The notes under the pieces: generated by a model | Told to the model about the DNA's origin: nothing | What the model saw: the letters and a program-made list of their open reading frames with translations, nothing else | Databases searched by the model: none | Translations under genes and position numbers: made by a program | Origin: Candidatus Caldarchaeum sp. | GTDB taxonomy: Archaea; Thermoproteota; Nitrososphaeria_A; Caldarchaeales; Caldarchaeaceae | Assembly (NCBI GenBank): GCA_038844785.1 | Contig: JAWBRA010000038.1 | Coordinates: 1-11,885 of the forward strand | DNA: 11,885 nt | Reading direction: 5' to 3' | Part shown: positions 1 through 7,496 of the stretch, piece by piece | Position numbering within the stretch: position 1 is the first letter of the stretch | How the letters are laid out: each line of letters starts with the position of its first letter

Positions 1-17
1 ATATCCGTTCTGACGCT

Positions 18-509
18 TCACAGCTTGTATCCGATTTTTCTGAGGAAGTGTTTTCTCTCCTCGATGTGTTTCTCGTCCTCTATGCCTTTGGGTTTGAAGC
101 CGTCTATAACGCCTAAAACTCCTCTGCCCTGCTCAGTCTCCCCGACTATTATTTGGATGGGGTTGGCTGTGGCGGCCAGTATGGTGCATACCTCGGGGAC
201 GTCTTTAAGCCTCTGCATGATGTTGATGGGGTAGAAGCCTTTTATGAAGAGGAGGAAGGTGTGGCCGCATCCTATCCTCAACATAGTCTCAGCAGCCTGC
301 TTCCTCAGCTCTGGGTCTGTACCCTCATGCCTGACGAGGCAGTCGCCGCTCGCCTCCATGAAAGCAAGCCCAAACTTGGCTCCGGGAACGGTGTTCACAA
401 CAGCCTCGTAAACATCCTCCACCGTCTTTATGAAGTGGGAGATGCCGAAGACGACGTTGCAGCCTTCTGGAACCTTGACGTCCACAACCTCAAGCTTTAC
501 CCCTGACAT
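18..509 (-). CDS. Adenosine-specific kinase family protein (DUF355 / PAE2307-like)
   Basis: Family-typical segments [40 protein letters not shown] and [11 protein letters not shown], with C-terminal [12 protein letters not shown]. Start moved from 536 to the ATG at 509 (MSGVKLEVV), which has a TATA-like ACTTAT about 26-31 nt upstream on the minus strand. Confidence 0.85.
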   Translation of the reverse strand: MSGVKLEVVDVKVPEGCNVVFGISHFIKTVEDVYEAVVNTVPGAKFGLAFMEASGDCLVRHEGTDPELRKQAAETMLRIGCGHTFLLFIKGFYPINIMQRLKDVPEVCTILAATANPIQIIVGETEQGRGVLGVIDGFKPKGIEDEKHIEERKHFLRKIGYKL

Positions 510-544
510 ATGTAAACAATTGAAAAAGTCCCGCATAAGTGTTT

Positions 545-1606
545 CTACAATGTCCTCTCAACCAAGAAGCTGGCCAGCTTTTCCAGCTTTTTCTTAGCCT
601 CGGAGGATGGGAGAACCTTGCTGGCCTTTATCCAAGCTTCTTCAACGATTTTTCTCGAGACTGCTCTGGCGTATTCTCCGGCTCCCGACTCTTTTATCAG
701 CCCTATGGCTTCAGCTATTTTGTCAGGCTCGGATGTATGGCTTGCGAGGATTTCACGGAGCCGGCTGCTTTTATCTGCGGGAAGATGTCTCAGGGCGTAG
801 ACGGTCATCAGCGTGTATTTTCCCTCGGTTATGTCCCCGCCAATCTCCTTTCTGTACTTCTCCTGCTCCCCGAAGATGTTCAGGTAGTCGTCCTGTATCT
901 GGAAAGCCGTGCCGACAGCCTCTCCGAAACCCCCGAGCTCATCCAGTAAATCATACCTGCCAGCGTAGATGCAGGCTATCTCTACAGCAAACCTTGCGAG
1001 AGAGCCGGTTTTGTAGGAAGCCATCTGGAGATAGTCTTCCTCGGTCACCCCATCCACAAGCCCTTTGTGCCACACTATGTCAAGAGTCTGGCCGAGGCTG
1101 AGCTTAACCATCATCTCGACATATCTTCTCAGAAGCTGGGCCTGTTTTTCCTCATCAGTATTTTTGGTGAGCAGGTATACAGGTAGGTAGTATAGGGCGT
1201 TTCCCGTGTTTACCGCTATGTCAACCCCGTAGATGAGATGGATGCAAGGCTTACCCCTTCTCAGGAGGCTTGAGTCCTCCACGTCGTCGACCATAAGCGT
1301 TGCGTTGTGGATTATCTCGGGAACTGCTGCCGCCAAAGCTATCTGCTCAAGCCTTCCGCCCAAAGCCTCGTAGGTCAAAACGGTCAACGCAGGCCTCCAT
1401 CTCTTACCACCTCGGCTGAAAAGCTCCCAGAAAGGTTTCGACAAACCCTCTGTTAAAGACTCAGGGCTGTAGCGGAAACGTGGTTCTCCGAACTCTCTAA
1501 CGAGAAAGTCGTGGCTGAAGGACTTGGGTATGAGCTTCTCCACAGCGGCTTCGACAGATGAAACATACTCGGCAAGGAAGGTCATCACCTCCGATTCCAA
1601 GCTCAT
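545..1606 (-). CDS. Trans-isoprenyl (polyprenyl) diphosphate synthase, GGPP synthase/IdsA family
   Basis: GGKRWRP, first Asp-rich motif [21 protein letters not shown], second Asp-rich motif FQIQDDYLN and [11 protein letters not shown] at 1606 preferred (alternatives GTG 1609, TTG 1615) because minus-strand CTTAAAT lies at 1637-1631. Confidence 0.92.
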   Translation of the reverse strand: MSLESEVMTFLAEYVSSVEAAVEKLIPKSFSHDFLVREFGEPRFRYSPESLTEGLSKPFWELFSRGGKRWRPALTVLTYEALGGRLEQIALAAAVPEIIHNATLMVDDVEDSSLLRRGKPCIHLIYGVDIAVNTGNALYYLPVYLLTKNTDEEKQAQLLRRYVEMMVKLSLGQTLDIVWHKGLVDGVTEEDYLQMASYKTGSLARFAVEIACIYAGRYDLLDELGGFGEAVGTAFQIQDDYLNIFGEQEKYRKEIGGDITEGKYTLMTVYALRHLPADKSSRLREILASHTSEPDKIAEAIGLIKESGAGEYARAVSRKIVEEAWIKASKVLPSSEAKKKLEKLASFLVERTL

Positions 1607-1662
1607 CACATACAATAGCTTAGCAGAGGGATTTAAGGCATCAACCCAGCCAGCACCGTGGT

Positions 1663-2442
1663 TTAAACCTTCACGCCTCGTTTCCTAAGGTATGCCGAGA
1701 GCTGTTCATACGACTGTCTAATCTCCTTCGTCACCTTCATCCTTTCAGCCAGGTATTCAGCATAGCTTCCTCCGAAGCCTGCGTACTTCATCAGATATCC
1801 CTCGGACGCCAGCGTCTTCTCCACGGTTACTAGATATTCCTTTACGTCGGCGTGTGAAACAGGTTTGTAGGAGTCTATGTGCAGGATGTTTTTGATGCCC
1901 CACCTTGGCCTGGGAGGCGGGTTTTCATCCTTCTCTCCTATGAGAAGGACTACTAACGGGATAACGCCATGGGGTAGTTTAAACAGTTCCACGAATCTTT
2001 CACACTCCATAACTCCACAGTCGAGAAGGAGGGAGCCGTATCCAAGGGCTTCGCAGGCGATTATCATGTTTTCGACAACCAACCCCGTTTCAAAAACGCT
2101 AAGGAGAACCTCGGCGGGGTAGGTGTCTAGCTTCAGGAAATTATCTGGGACCACGGACTGCAGAAAAGCAGCCAGCCTGTTTAAATCCAGGCAAACCAGC
2201 AAAACCGCTGAGGCTTGGCGAACGTTCTCCGACTCGCATATGCTGGCAGTCTCTTCAACAAGCTTTTCATCCCTAACCCATATGATGGAATACGCCTGCA
2301 GATAAGCTGGAGCAGACTGTCCAGCCTCGACGATCATAGATAATACGTCCTCACCCATAGCTGTTTTACGGAATCTTCTGATAGACCTGCGGGACAGAAG
2401 AAGACCTAGAGTACTCTGCTCCACTCTTCGTTTCAACAACAA
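1663..2442 (-). CDS. Nitroreductase family protein (NfsA/Frp-like flavin oxidoreductase)
   Basis: N-terminal RRSIRRF, then LVCLDLNR, ENMIIACEALGYGS, LFKLPHGVIP and PRPRW. The 259-aa length fits the NfsA-like subgroup. The TTG start is uncertain. Confidence 0.8.
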   Translation of the reverse strand: MLLKRRVEQSTLGLLLSRRSIRRFRKTAMGEDVLSMIVEAGQSAPAYLQAYSIIWVRDEKLVEETASICESENVRQASAVLLVCLDLNRLAAFLQSVVPDNFLKLDTYPAEVLLSVFETGLVVENMIIACEALGYGSLLLDCGVMECERFVELFKLPHGVIPLVVLLIGEKDENPPPRPRWGIKNILHIDSYKPVSHADVKEYLVTVEKTLASEGYLMKYAGFGGSYAEYLAERMKVTKEIRQSYEQLSAYLRKRGVKV

Positions 2443-2462
2443 TAAAAGAAAAAGAGGGGGAT
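2443..2462 (-). terminator. Possible pyrimidine/U-rich terminator after ftsZ
   Basis: Minus strand reads ATCCCCCTCTTTTTCTTTTA just after the ftsZ stop, typical of archaeal U-rich terminators. It directly abuts the next start codon. Confidence 0.35.
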
Positions 2463-2468
2463 ATTTGT

Positions 2469-3554
2469 TTAGTGGTAGGATGCTACGGGCTTGATGCCTA
2501 GTTGTTCGAGGATTTTGTCAACGTCCTCGCTTGACTCTTCGGAGGCATGTTGGTCGACGATCGTGGGCGTTATATCGTTGATCTCAACAACCTGTTCAGC
2601 GGATGAAAGGCCTGTCAAGATGAGCGAGACCTGCATCGTCGAGCTGTAAGAGTCGTCTATCCTAGCACCCCATATCACAAGCCCATCCTCGCCCATAAGC
2701 TCCGAGATTATCTCAGCAGGCCTAGCGGCTTCAGCCAGCTGCATCTCCTCACCGCCGCAGACATGTACGATGGCTCCGGAAAGGCCTTCGTAGGATGCGT
2801 CGAGGAGCGGGGACTGCAGGGCGCTGAAAGTCGCCTCCTCAGCTCTGTTAGGCGAGGAAGACCTTCCTATGCCAAGCGACGCAAGCTTTCCCCTTGAAAC
2901 AACAGTCTTAAAGTCCTCGTAGTCTATGTTGATCAAACCTGGTTTAGCGATTGACTCTGTTATGCTTTGTATCATATTGCTTATCACTTCGTCGGCGAGG
3001 CTGAAGGCTCGGCGGAGGCCGTGCTGCGGGTAAAGCTCCAGTAGCTTGTTGTTGTCTATCACGACGGATGTGTTTGTATGGTTTTTCAGCTCATCAAGCC
3101 CCTGCAAAGCTATCCTCTTCCGCACCCGACCCTCGAAAGCGAAGGGAAGCGAGACTACCCCGACAACCGTGGCCCCCTCCTCCCTCGCAATCCTCGCTAT
3201 CACAGGAGCTCCTCCAGTTCCCGTTCCTCCACCGAGCCCGGCGGCTATGAAGACTATATCCGAGCCCTCGAGCGCCCTGCGTATCTCTTCCTCAGATTCT
3301 TCAGCAGCTCTCCTACCCCTTACCGGGTCTCCGCCTGCTCCGCGTAATCGTGTTATCGTCTTGCCTAGGAGAAGCTTCCTGTCAGCCCTCACCATGTCGA
3401 GGTGCTGCAGGTCGGTGTTGGCTGCCACAGTGTAGACCCCGGTCAACCCAGAGGCTACCAGCCTGTTTACGGTGTTGCAGCCAGCTCCTCCGACGCCTAT
3501 CAGCTTTATACGTATGTCTTCAGGGTTCTGGATGAATTCGAAATCGTTACTCAC
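2469..3554 (-). CDS. ftsZ: Cell division protein FtsZ
   Basis: IGVGGAGCN, ANTD, GAGG, tubulin signature GLGGGTGTG, PFAFEG, T7 loop GLINIDYED and IWGA. GTG start preceded by the SD GGAGGT (3568-3563). Confidence 0.96.
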   Translation of the reverse strand: MSNDFEFIQNPEDIRIKLIGVGGAGCNTVNRLVASGLTGVYTVAANTDLQHLDMVRADRKLLLGKTITRLRGAGGDPVRGRRAAEESEEEIRRALEGSDIVFIAAGLGGGTGTGGAPVIARIAREEGATVVGVVSLPFAFEGRVRKRIALQGLDELKNHTNTSVVIDNNKLLELYPQHGLRRAFSLADEVISNMIQSITESIAKPGLINIDYEDFKTVVSRGKLASLGIGRSSSPNRAEEATFSALQSPLLDASYEGLSGAIVHVCGGEEMQLAEAARPAEIISELMGEDGLVIWGARIDDSYSSTMQVSLILTGLSSAEQVVEINDITPTIVDQHASEESSEDVDKILEQLGIKPVASYH

Positions 3555-3693
3555 TTATCTGTACCTCCGTTCTGATGAAGTCTCGGAGTGCCATTCGGAT
3601 CGCTTCAGCTCTGTTGGGATACAGCTTACGGCGTACGAGCTCGTCTATAGCCTGCAGGTATGGTTCAGGCAGATGCACCGTTACCACTTTCAA
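3547..3693 (-). CDS. cdrS: Small ribbon-helix-helix transcription factor, CdrS-like (CopG/MetJ family)
   Basis: 48 aa MKVVTVHLPEPYLQAIDELVRRKLYPNRAEAIRMALRDFIRTEVQISE, with an alternating beta-strand plus the YPNRAEAIR motif. TTG start 9 nt after SD GAGGTG (3708-3703). The gene overlaps the ftsZ start by 8 nt (GTGAGTAA). The symbol rests on remembered similarity to haloarchaeal CdrS plus synteny. Confidence 0.8.
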   Translation of the reverse strand: MKVVTVHLPEPYLQAIDELVRRKLYPNRAEAIRMALRDFIRTEVQISE

Positions 3694-3735
3694 CTTTTCC
3701 ACCACCTCTTTCTTTGGGCCCGCACAACTGCGTAG

Positions 3736-3767
3736 ATGGTTATAACTATAGGTAATACGGATGTATT
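3736..3767. promoter_or_regulatory. Candidate promoter/operator of the RHH-ftsZ operon
   Basis: Palindrome ATGGTTATAACTAT (3736-3749, perfect core GTTATAAC) containing a TATA-like TTATAA, next to the inverted repeat AATAC-GGAT-GTATT (3754-3767). Confidence 0.4.
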
Positions 3768-3890
3768 CTTTTGCAGGGCTTCTGGCTTGGATTTTCACCG
3801 TCCACACATTTTTTGAATGAGCAAAGAGATTCAGCAAAATCTATAATTTCATCAACTAATGATTATGCGGACAGTCGGCGGTGGCCTACC

Positions 3891-4253
3891 GTGGATGATG
3901 AGGTTTACGAGAGAGTTAAAAAAATTTTTGACCAGCTCGCCGCAGAATCAGAAGAAGATGTAGCAGTTCTTGTGGAAGGCGTAAGAGATGAGCAGGTTTT
4001 GAGAATGATTGGATTCACCGGCAGAGTTCTTCTCGCAAGCCGTTTACGCAACGAGATGGGGAAAATGCCTAAGAGAGTGATTCTCCTCCTCGACTTTGAC
4101 CGAGAAGGCTTGAAAAACATGAAGAAGCTGGCGAAGACGCTGGCTGCCACAGGCGTTAAGGTTGACGAAAGCTATTACAGAAGACTTAGAATACTGAAAA
4201 GGTTCGGCATAACCACTGTCGAGGCTTTCCGAAACTTGCTATCCTCTTTTTAG
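3891..4253 (+). CDS. Stand-alone TOPRIM domain protein (small primase-like / RNase M5-like)
   Basis: TOPRIM motifs VLVEGVRD and ILLLDFDREG. GTG start at 3891 with SD-like GGCGGTG (3877-3883) and TATA-like CTATAA at 3841-3846. The 3' end overlaps the convergent SCP2 gene by 15 nt. Confidence 0.82.
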   Translation: MDDEVYERVKKIFDQLAAESEEDVAVLVEGVRDEQVLRMIGFTGRVLLASRLRNEMGKMPKRVILLLDFDREGLKNMKKLAKTLAATGVKVDESYYRRLRILKRFGITTVEAFRNLLSSF

Positions 4254-4589
4254 CAACGCGGCGAAGATTGAGTTAAGCTCCTGGGCCGCGAACACATCAC
4301 CCTTGATCTTGATACGGCCTGAGAAGAATGCTTTGACGGCGTCCAGCTCCCCCTTCAAAATCGACACGAGGTCTTGGTGTGTTGACTCGATGGATGCGGA
4401 GGGGTTGGGGTGGAGGCCTTCTGTGACTGCCAGCCCTCCGGCGGTTGAGTGTATGTAGAAGGCTTTCCCATCGCTTGGCTTGAACTGGACGACCTTGTTC
4501 CATCCAGCAGCCTTTTTAGAGGCTTCTGGATGTGTTTTCGCAGCCTCGACAAGCCTCTGTGCATGCATCAACGCTTCATCGGCAGCCAT
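4239..4589 (-). CDS. SCP2 sterol/lipid-binding domain protein
   Basis: 116 aa with the SCP2-typical C-terminal half DLVSILKGELDAVKAFFSGRIKIKGD. Minus-strand TTTATT at 4619-4614, 25-30 nt upstream of the ATG. Confidence 0.85.
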   Translation of the reverse strand: MAADEALMHAQRLVEAAKTHPEASKKAAGWNKVVQFKPSDGKAFYIHSTAGGLAVTEGLHPNPSASIESTHQDLVSILKGELDAVKAFFSGRIKIKGDVFAAQELNSIFAALLKRG

Positions 4590-4611
4590 CGTCTAATCAC
4601 TCGAAGGATAG

Positions 4612-4660
4612 CTAATAAACCTGTCGCATCAAAACCATCGGCATCAAACATGTTTATACA
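4612..4660. promoter_or_regulatory. Divergent promoter region SCP2 / acyl-CoA synthetase
   Basis: Back-to-back TATA boxes (minus TTTATT 4619-4614; plus TTTATACA 4653-4660), direct repeat GCATCAAA at 4626 and 4641, and perfect palindrome AAACATGTTT at 4646-4655. Confidence 0.55.
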
Positions 4661-4686
4661 TCCTATCATCCTGTAATTCTTCAGGC

Positions 4687-6282
4687 ATGCGTCAGTATCC
4701 TGAAGTGCTCGATCATGGTTCGACATGGCGGATCCCGAAGCTTTTTAACGCAGGCTCGGCTGTCTTGCAGAACGAAGGCTCCTCGACAGCCATCATCAAC
4801 GTAGATGAAGAGGGTTCGGTCTCAGTCTACTCCTTCAACGACATGCTGCGGTTTTCCAGCATGGTTGCAAATGGTTTGAGGGAGAACGGTGTTGGCCGAG
4901 GCGACAGAGTTGTTTTACATCTTCTCCAAGGATATGAGTTCGTCGGCTGTCTGCTGGCTGTTTACAGGCTTGGAGCTATTGCTGTGACAGTGCCTGCTCT
5001 GCTGGGAAGCGAAGCCGTTGAATACCGTGTGAAGGACAGCGGCGCAAAAGCCGTGATAGTTGACCAAGCCCTCCAACACAAGCTTTCAAACATCAACACA
5101 GAGCAAACCAAGATTTTTGTAGCCAACGGCGGGGGTGGAGAAAAGACGCAGGGCCTTGGAGAGCTCATAGGCGGCTCAGCCTCGTTCAGCGACGTTGAAA
5201 CATCCTCCGATGAAGCAGCACATATCTTCTACACATCCGGCACCGAGGGGCCTCCGAAAGGCGCTGTCCACGCCAACCGCTGGATACTAACCCACATACC
5301 TTGCTTTAAGCTGGCGTACGACAACGGGCCAAGAGATGATGATGTTTTCTGGACTCCGGCTGACTGGGCTTGGATAGGCGGGTGTGGAAACCTGCTTCTC
5401 ACAGCACTCCTCTTCGGCAGGCCCGTCGTTGCCGTCAGGAGGCTGGGCAGGTTCGACCCAGCCAAGGCCTACGAGGTTATGGAGCAGTTCAAAATCACAT
5501 GCAGCTTCATCCCACCCACGGCTTTACGGATGATGAGACGCTTCAACCACGAGCCGTTGAAGCATTACGGTCTCTCGCTAAGGGCTGTGCTGAGCGGCGG
5601 GGAGCCTGTCACGGCAGAGGTCGTCGAATGGGGGCGGAAAGAGCTCAACGCATCCATTAACGAAACCTACGGCCAGACAGAGGCAAACCTGTTGACGGCG
5701 AACTCGGCTGCAGCGGGAATACTGAAACCCGGCTCCGTCGGAAAACCCGTCCCAGGCCACGTCATACAAATCCTCGACGAGACTCTTAGGCCTTTGCCTG
5801 CAGGTGTTCTGGGCCACATAGCTCTCAAGCTCCCCGACCCAACAGCTTTCCTCGGCTACTGGAGAAACCCCGAAGCCACAGCCATGAAGATGAGAGGAGG
5901 CTATCTGCTTACGGGCGATTTGGGTTGGATGGATGAAGATGGGTTTATCTGGTTCAAGTCGAGGGCCGACGACCTGATAAAAACCTCGGGCTACAGGCTT
6001 TCACCCTGGGAGGTGGAGCAGGCTATCAACAGGCATCCAGCTGTTGAAGAATCCGCCGTCATAGGCGTCCCCGACCCCGAAAGATACCAAGCGGTTAAAG
6101 CCTTCATAGTCCTCAAGCAAGGGTTTGAGCCATCCACGCAGCTCGTCGAAGAGCTCCGCGAAAACGTTAGAAAAGCTGTCGGACCCCACGCCGTCCCCAA
6201 AGAGGTCGAGTTCGTCGATGAAGTTCCGAAAACAGCCACGCTGAAGCTTAGGAGGTCGGAGCTGCGGAGAAAGCAGGGGTAA
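4687..6282 (+). CDS. AMP-forming acyl-CoA synthetase (acetyl-/medium-chain acyl-CoA ligase family)
   Basis: AMP-binding motif IFYTSGTEGPPKG, then FWTPADWAWIGG, SGGEP, YGQTE, TGD, RADDLIKTSGYRL and the C-terminal catalytic Lys motif PKTATLK. Confidence 0.93.
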   Translation: MRQYPEVLDHGSTWRIPKLFNAGSAVLQNEGSSTAIINVDEEGSVSVYSFNDMLRFSSMVANGLRENGVGRGDRVVLHLLQGYEFVGCLLAVYRLGAIAVTVPALLGSEAVEYRVKDSGAKAVIVDQALQHKLSNINTEQTKIFVANGGGGEKTQGLGELIGGSASFSDVETSSDEAAHIFYTSGTEGPPKGAVHANRWILTHIPCFKLAYDNGPRDDDVFWTPADWAWIGGCGNLLLTALLFGRPVVAVRRLGRFDPAKAYEVMEQFKITCSFIPPTALRMMRRFNHEPLKHYGLSLRAVLSGGEPVTAEVVEWGRKELNASINETYGQTEANLLTANSAAAGILKPGSVGKPVPGHVIQILDETLRPLPAGVLGHIALKLPDPTAFLGYWRNPEATAMKMRGGYLLTGDLGWMDEDGFIWFKSRADDLIKTSGYRLSPWEVEQAINRHPAVEESAVIGVPDPERYQAVKAFIVLKQGFEPSTQLVEELRENVRKAVGPHAVPKEVEFVDEVPKTATLKLRRSELRRKQG

Positions 6283-6284
6283 AC

Positions 6285-6295
6285 TTTTTTATAAA
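6285..6295 (+). promoter_or_regulatory. TATA box of ATPase gene, overlapping a T-run that may terminate the acyl-CoA synthetase transcript
   Basis: TTTTTTATAAA begins 3 nt after the upstream stop codon. TTTATAAA (6288-6295) lies 24-31 nt before the ATG at 6319, consistent with a leaderless mRNA. Confidence 0.65.
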
Positions 6296-6333
6296 GTAAT
6301 GACCTCATTACCTAAGTAATGACCCCATTACCT
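6294..6333. repeat. Tandem 20-bp direct repeat of palindromic units (operator-like)
   Basis: AAGTAATGACCTCATTACCT followed directly by AAGTAATGACCCCATTACCT (19/20 identical). The cores GTAATGA-CC-TCATTAC (6296-6311) and GTAATG-ACCC-CATTAC (6316-6331) are inverted repeats. Confidence 0.9.
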
Positions 6334-7470
6334 GCAGACCTTTTCTCAACAGCCCCAAAAACCAGCCTCCAAGCCTTCTACAACAGGGAGAGGGAGCTTT
6401 CGCAGCTGCGGCGGGCCTTGACCGACGGGAGCAGGCTCGTTTTGGTGTTGGGCGTGAGACGCATAGGGAAAACGTCGCTCATCAAAGTTGCTTTAAACGA
6501 GCTTGACACGCCCTACGTCTTCATAGACCTGAGGGCTTTGGAATCCTATGAGGACAGGTCTCTGTACAGGCTGCTGTCAGACGAGCTCAACAGAATCGTT
6601 CCCCTGTCTAAGAAAATTCTTCAGTATTTGAAGCGTGTGCGGGGCGTTTCGGTAGGGGATGGGATGGTCTCCATCGCAATCGGCGGGGAGAAGCCAAACC
6701 TCATCAGCATACTGAGGACATTGGACGCTTGGGCTGCTGACGAAGGGTTTACGCTGCCGATAGTCTTGGACGAGGCCCAGGAGCTGCGGTTCTTCAGAGG
6801 CGGCAAACGGCGTATGGATTCCCGAAAGATACTAGGCTACTGTTACGACAACCTCGAGAGAACGGTGTTCATACTTTCAGGCTCCGAAGTGGGTCTTCTC
6901 TACAGCTTCATCGGAGTCGACGACCCAGGCTCACCTTTGTACGGCCGACACCATACAACAATCCAGCTGGACAGGCTCAGCAGGGAGAAATCAATCGAAT
7001 TCCTGACGAAAGGGTTTGAATTCCATGGGATAAGGCCGTCTGAAAAGCTCTTGGAAACAGCCTTTGAAATGTTTGACGGGATAATTGGATGGCTGACTTT
7101 TTTCGGGGCGGAGGCTGTGAGGCTTTACAGGGATGGTGTCAGCCCGAACCTTGAGGAGCTGGCGAGGGCTGTGAAGGTGAAGGCTGTTGGGCTGTGCGCC
7201 AGCGAGCTCGAGAAGCTCTTAGCACGCTCGCCCCTCTACATCGGACTGCTGGCTGACATCGGTCGTGAAGGATGCACATGGTCTGAGCTGAGGCTTGCTA
7301 TGGAAAAGAGGTTCAGGAGAACGGTGAGCAACCCGCAGCTAGCCACACTCCTCCAAAACCTCGAAAACCTCAGCTACGTCAAAAAAGACGGCGGCCGTTA
7401 CAAGGTTTTAGACCCTGTCACCGTCGAGGCGGCGAAACTACTGCTTGAAAGAAAACGAGCCATAAGCTAA
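6319..7470 (+). CDS. Archaeal P-loop ATPase (ATPase_2 family) with probable C-terminal winged-helix domain
   Basis: FYNRERE, Walker A GVRRIGKTS, Walker B IVLDEAQ, LSGSEVG, SPLYGR and DGIIGWL. The C-terminal TWSELR...LATLLQNLENLSYVKKDGGRYKVLDP is wHTH-like. Confidence 0.88.
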   Translation: MTPLPADLFSTAPKTSLQAFYNRERELSQLRRALTDGSRLVLVLGVRRIGKTSLIKVALNELDTPYVFIDLRALESYEDRSLYRLLSDELNRIVPLSKKILQYLKRVRGVSVGDGMVSIAIGGEKPNLISILRTLDAWAADEGFTLPIVLDEAQELRFFRGGKRRMDSRKILGYCYDNLERTVFILSGSEVGLLYSFIGVDDPGSPLYGRHHTTIQLDRLSREKSIEFLTKGFEFHGIRPSEKLLETAFEMFDGIIGWLTFFGAEAVRLYRDGVSPNLEELARAVKVKAVGLCASELEKLLARSPLYIGLLADIGREGCTWSELRLAMEKRFRRTVSNPQLATLLQNLENLSYVKKDGGRYKVLDPVTVEAAKLLLERKRAIS

Positions 7471-7496
7471 TATCGGAAGCAGGTTGGTGGTTTTAC

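Noticed and set aside
3694-3890. N-terminal extensions of the RHH (to 3837) and TOPRIM (from 3771) ORFs, giving a head-to-head overlap
   Set aside because: The extensions are not domain-like, better SD-supported starts exist at 3693 and 3891, and the region carries promoter-like motifs.
6299-6319. Mini-uORF MTSLPK* overlapping the ATPase ATG (TAATG)
   Set aside because: It is a by-product of the tandem repeat and lies upstream of the TSS predicted from the TATA box, so it could only be translated from read-through transcripts.
6294-6333. Palindromic repeat as a CRISPR remnant or IS end
   Set aside because: Only two abutting 20-bp units with no spacer, no cas or transposase gene, and no matching copy seen at the other end of the ATPase gene.
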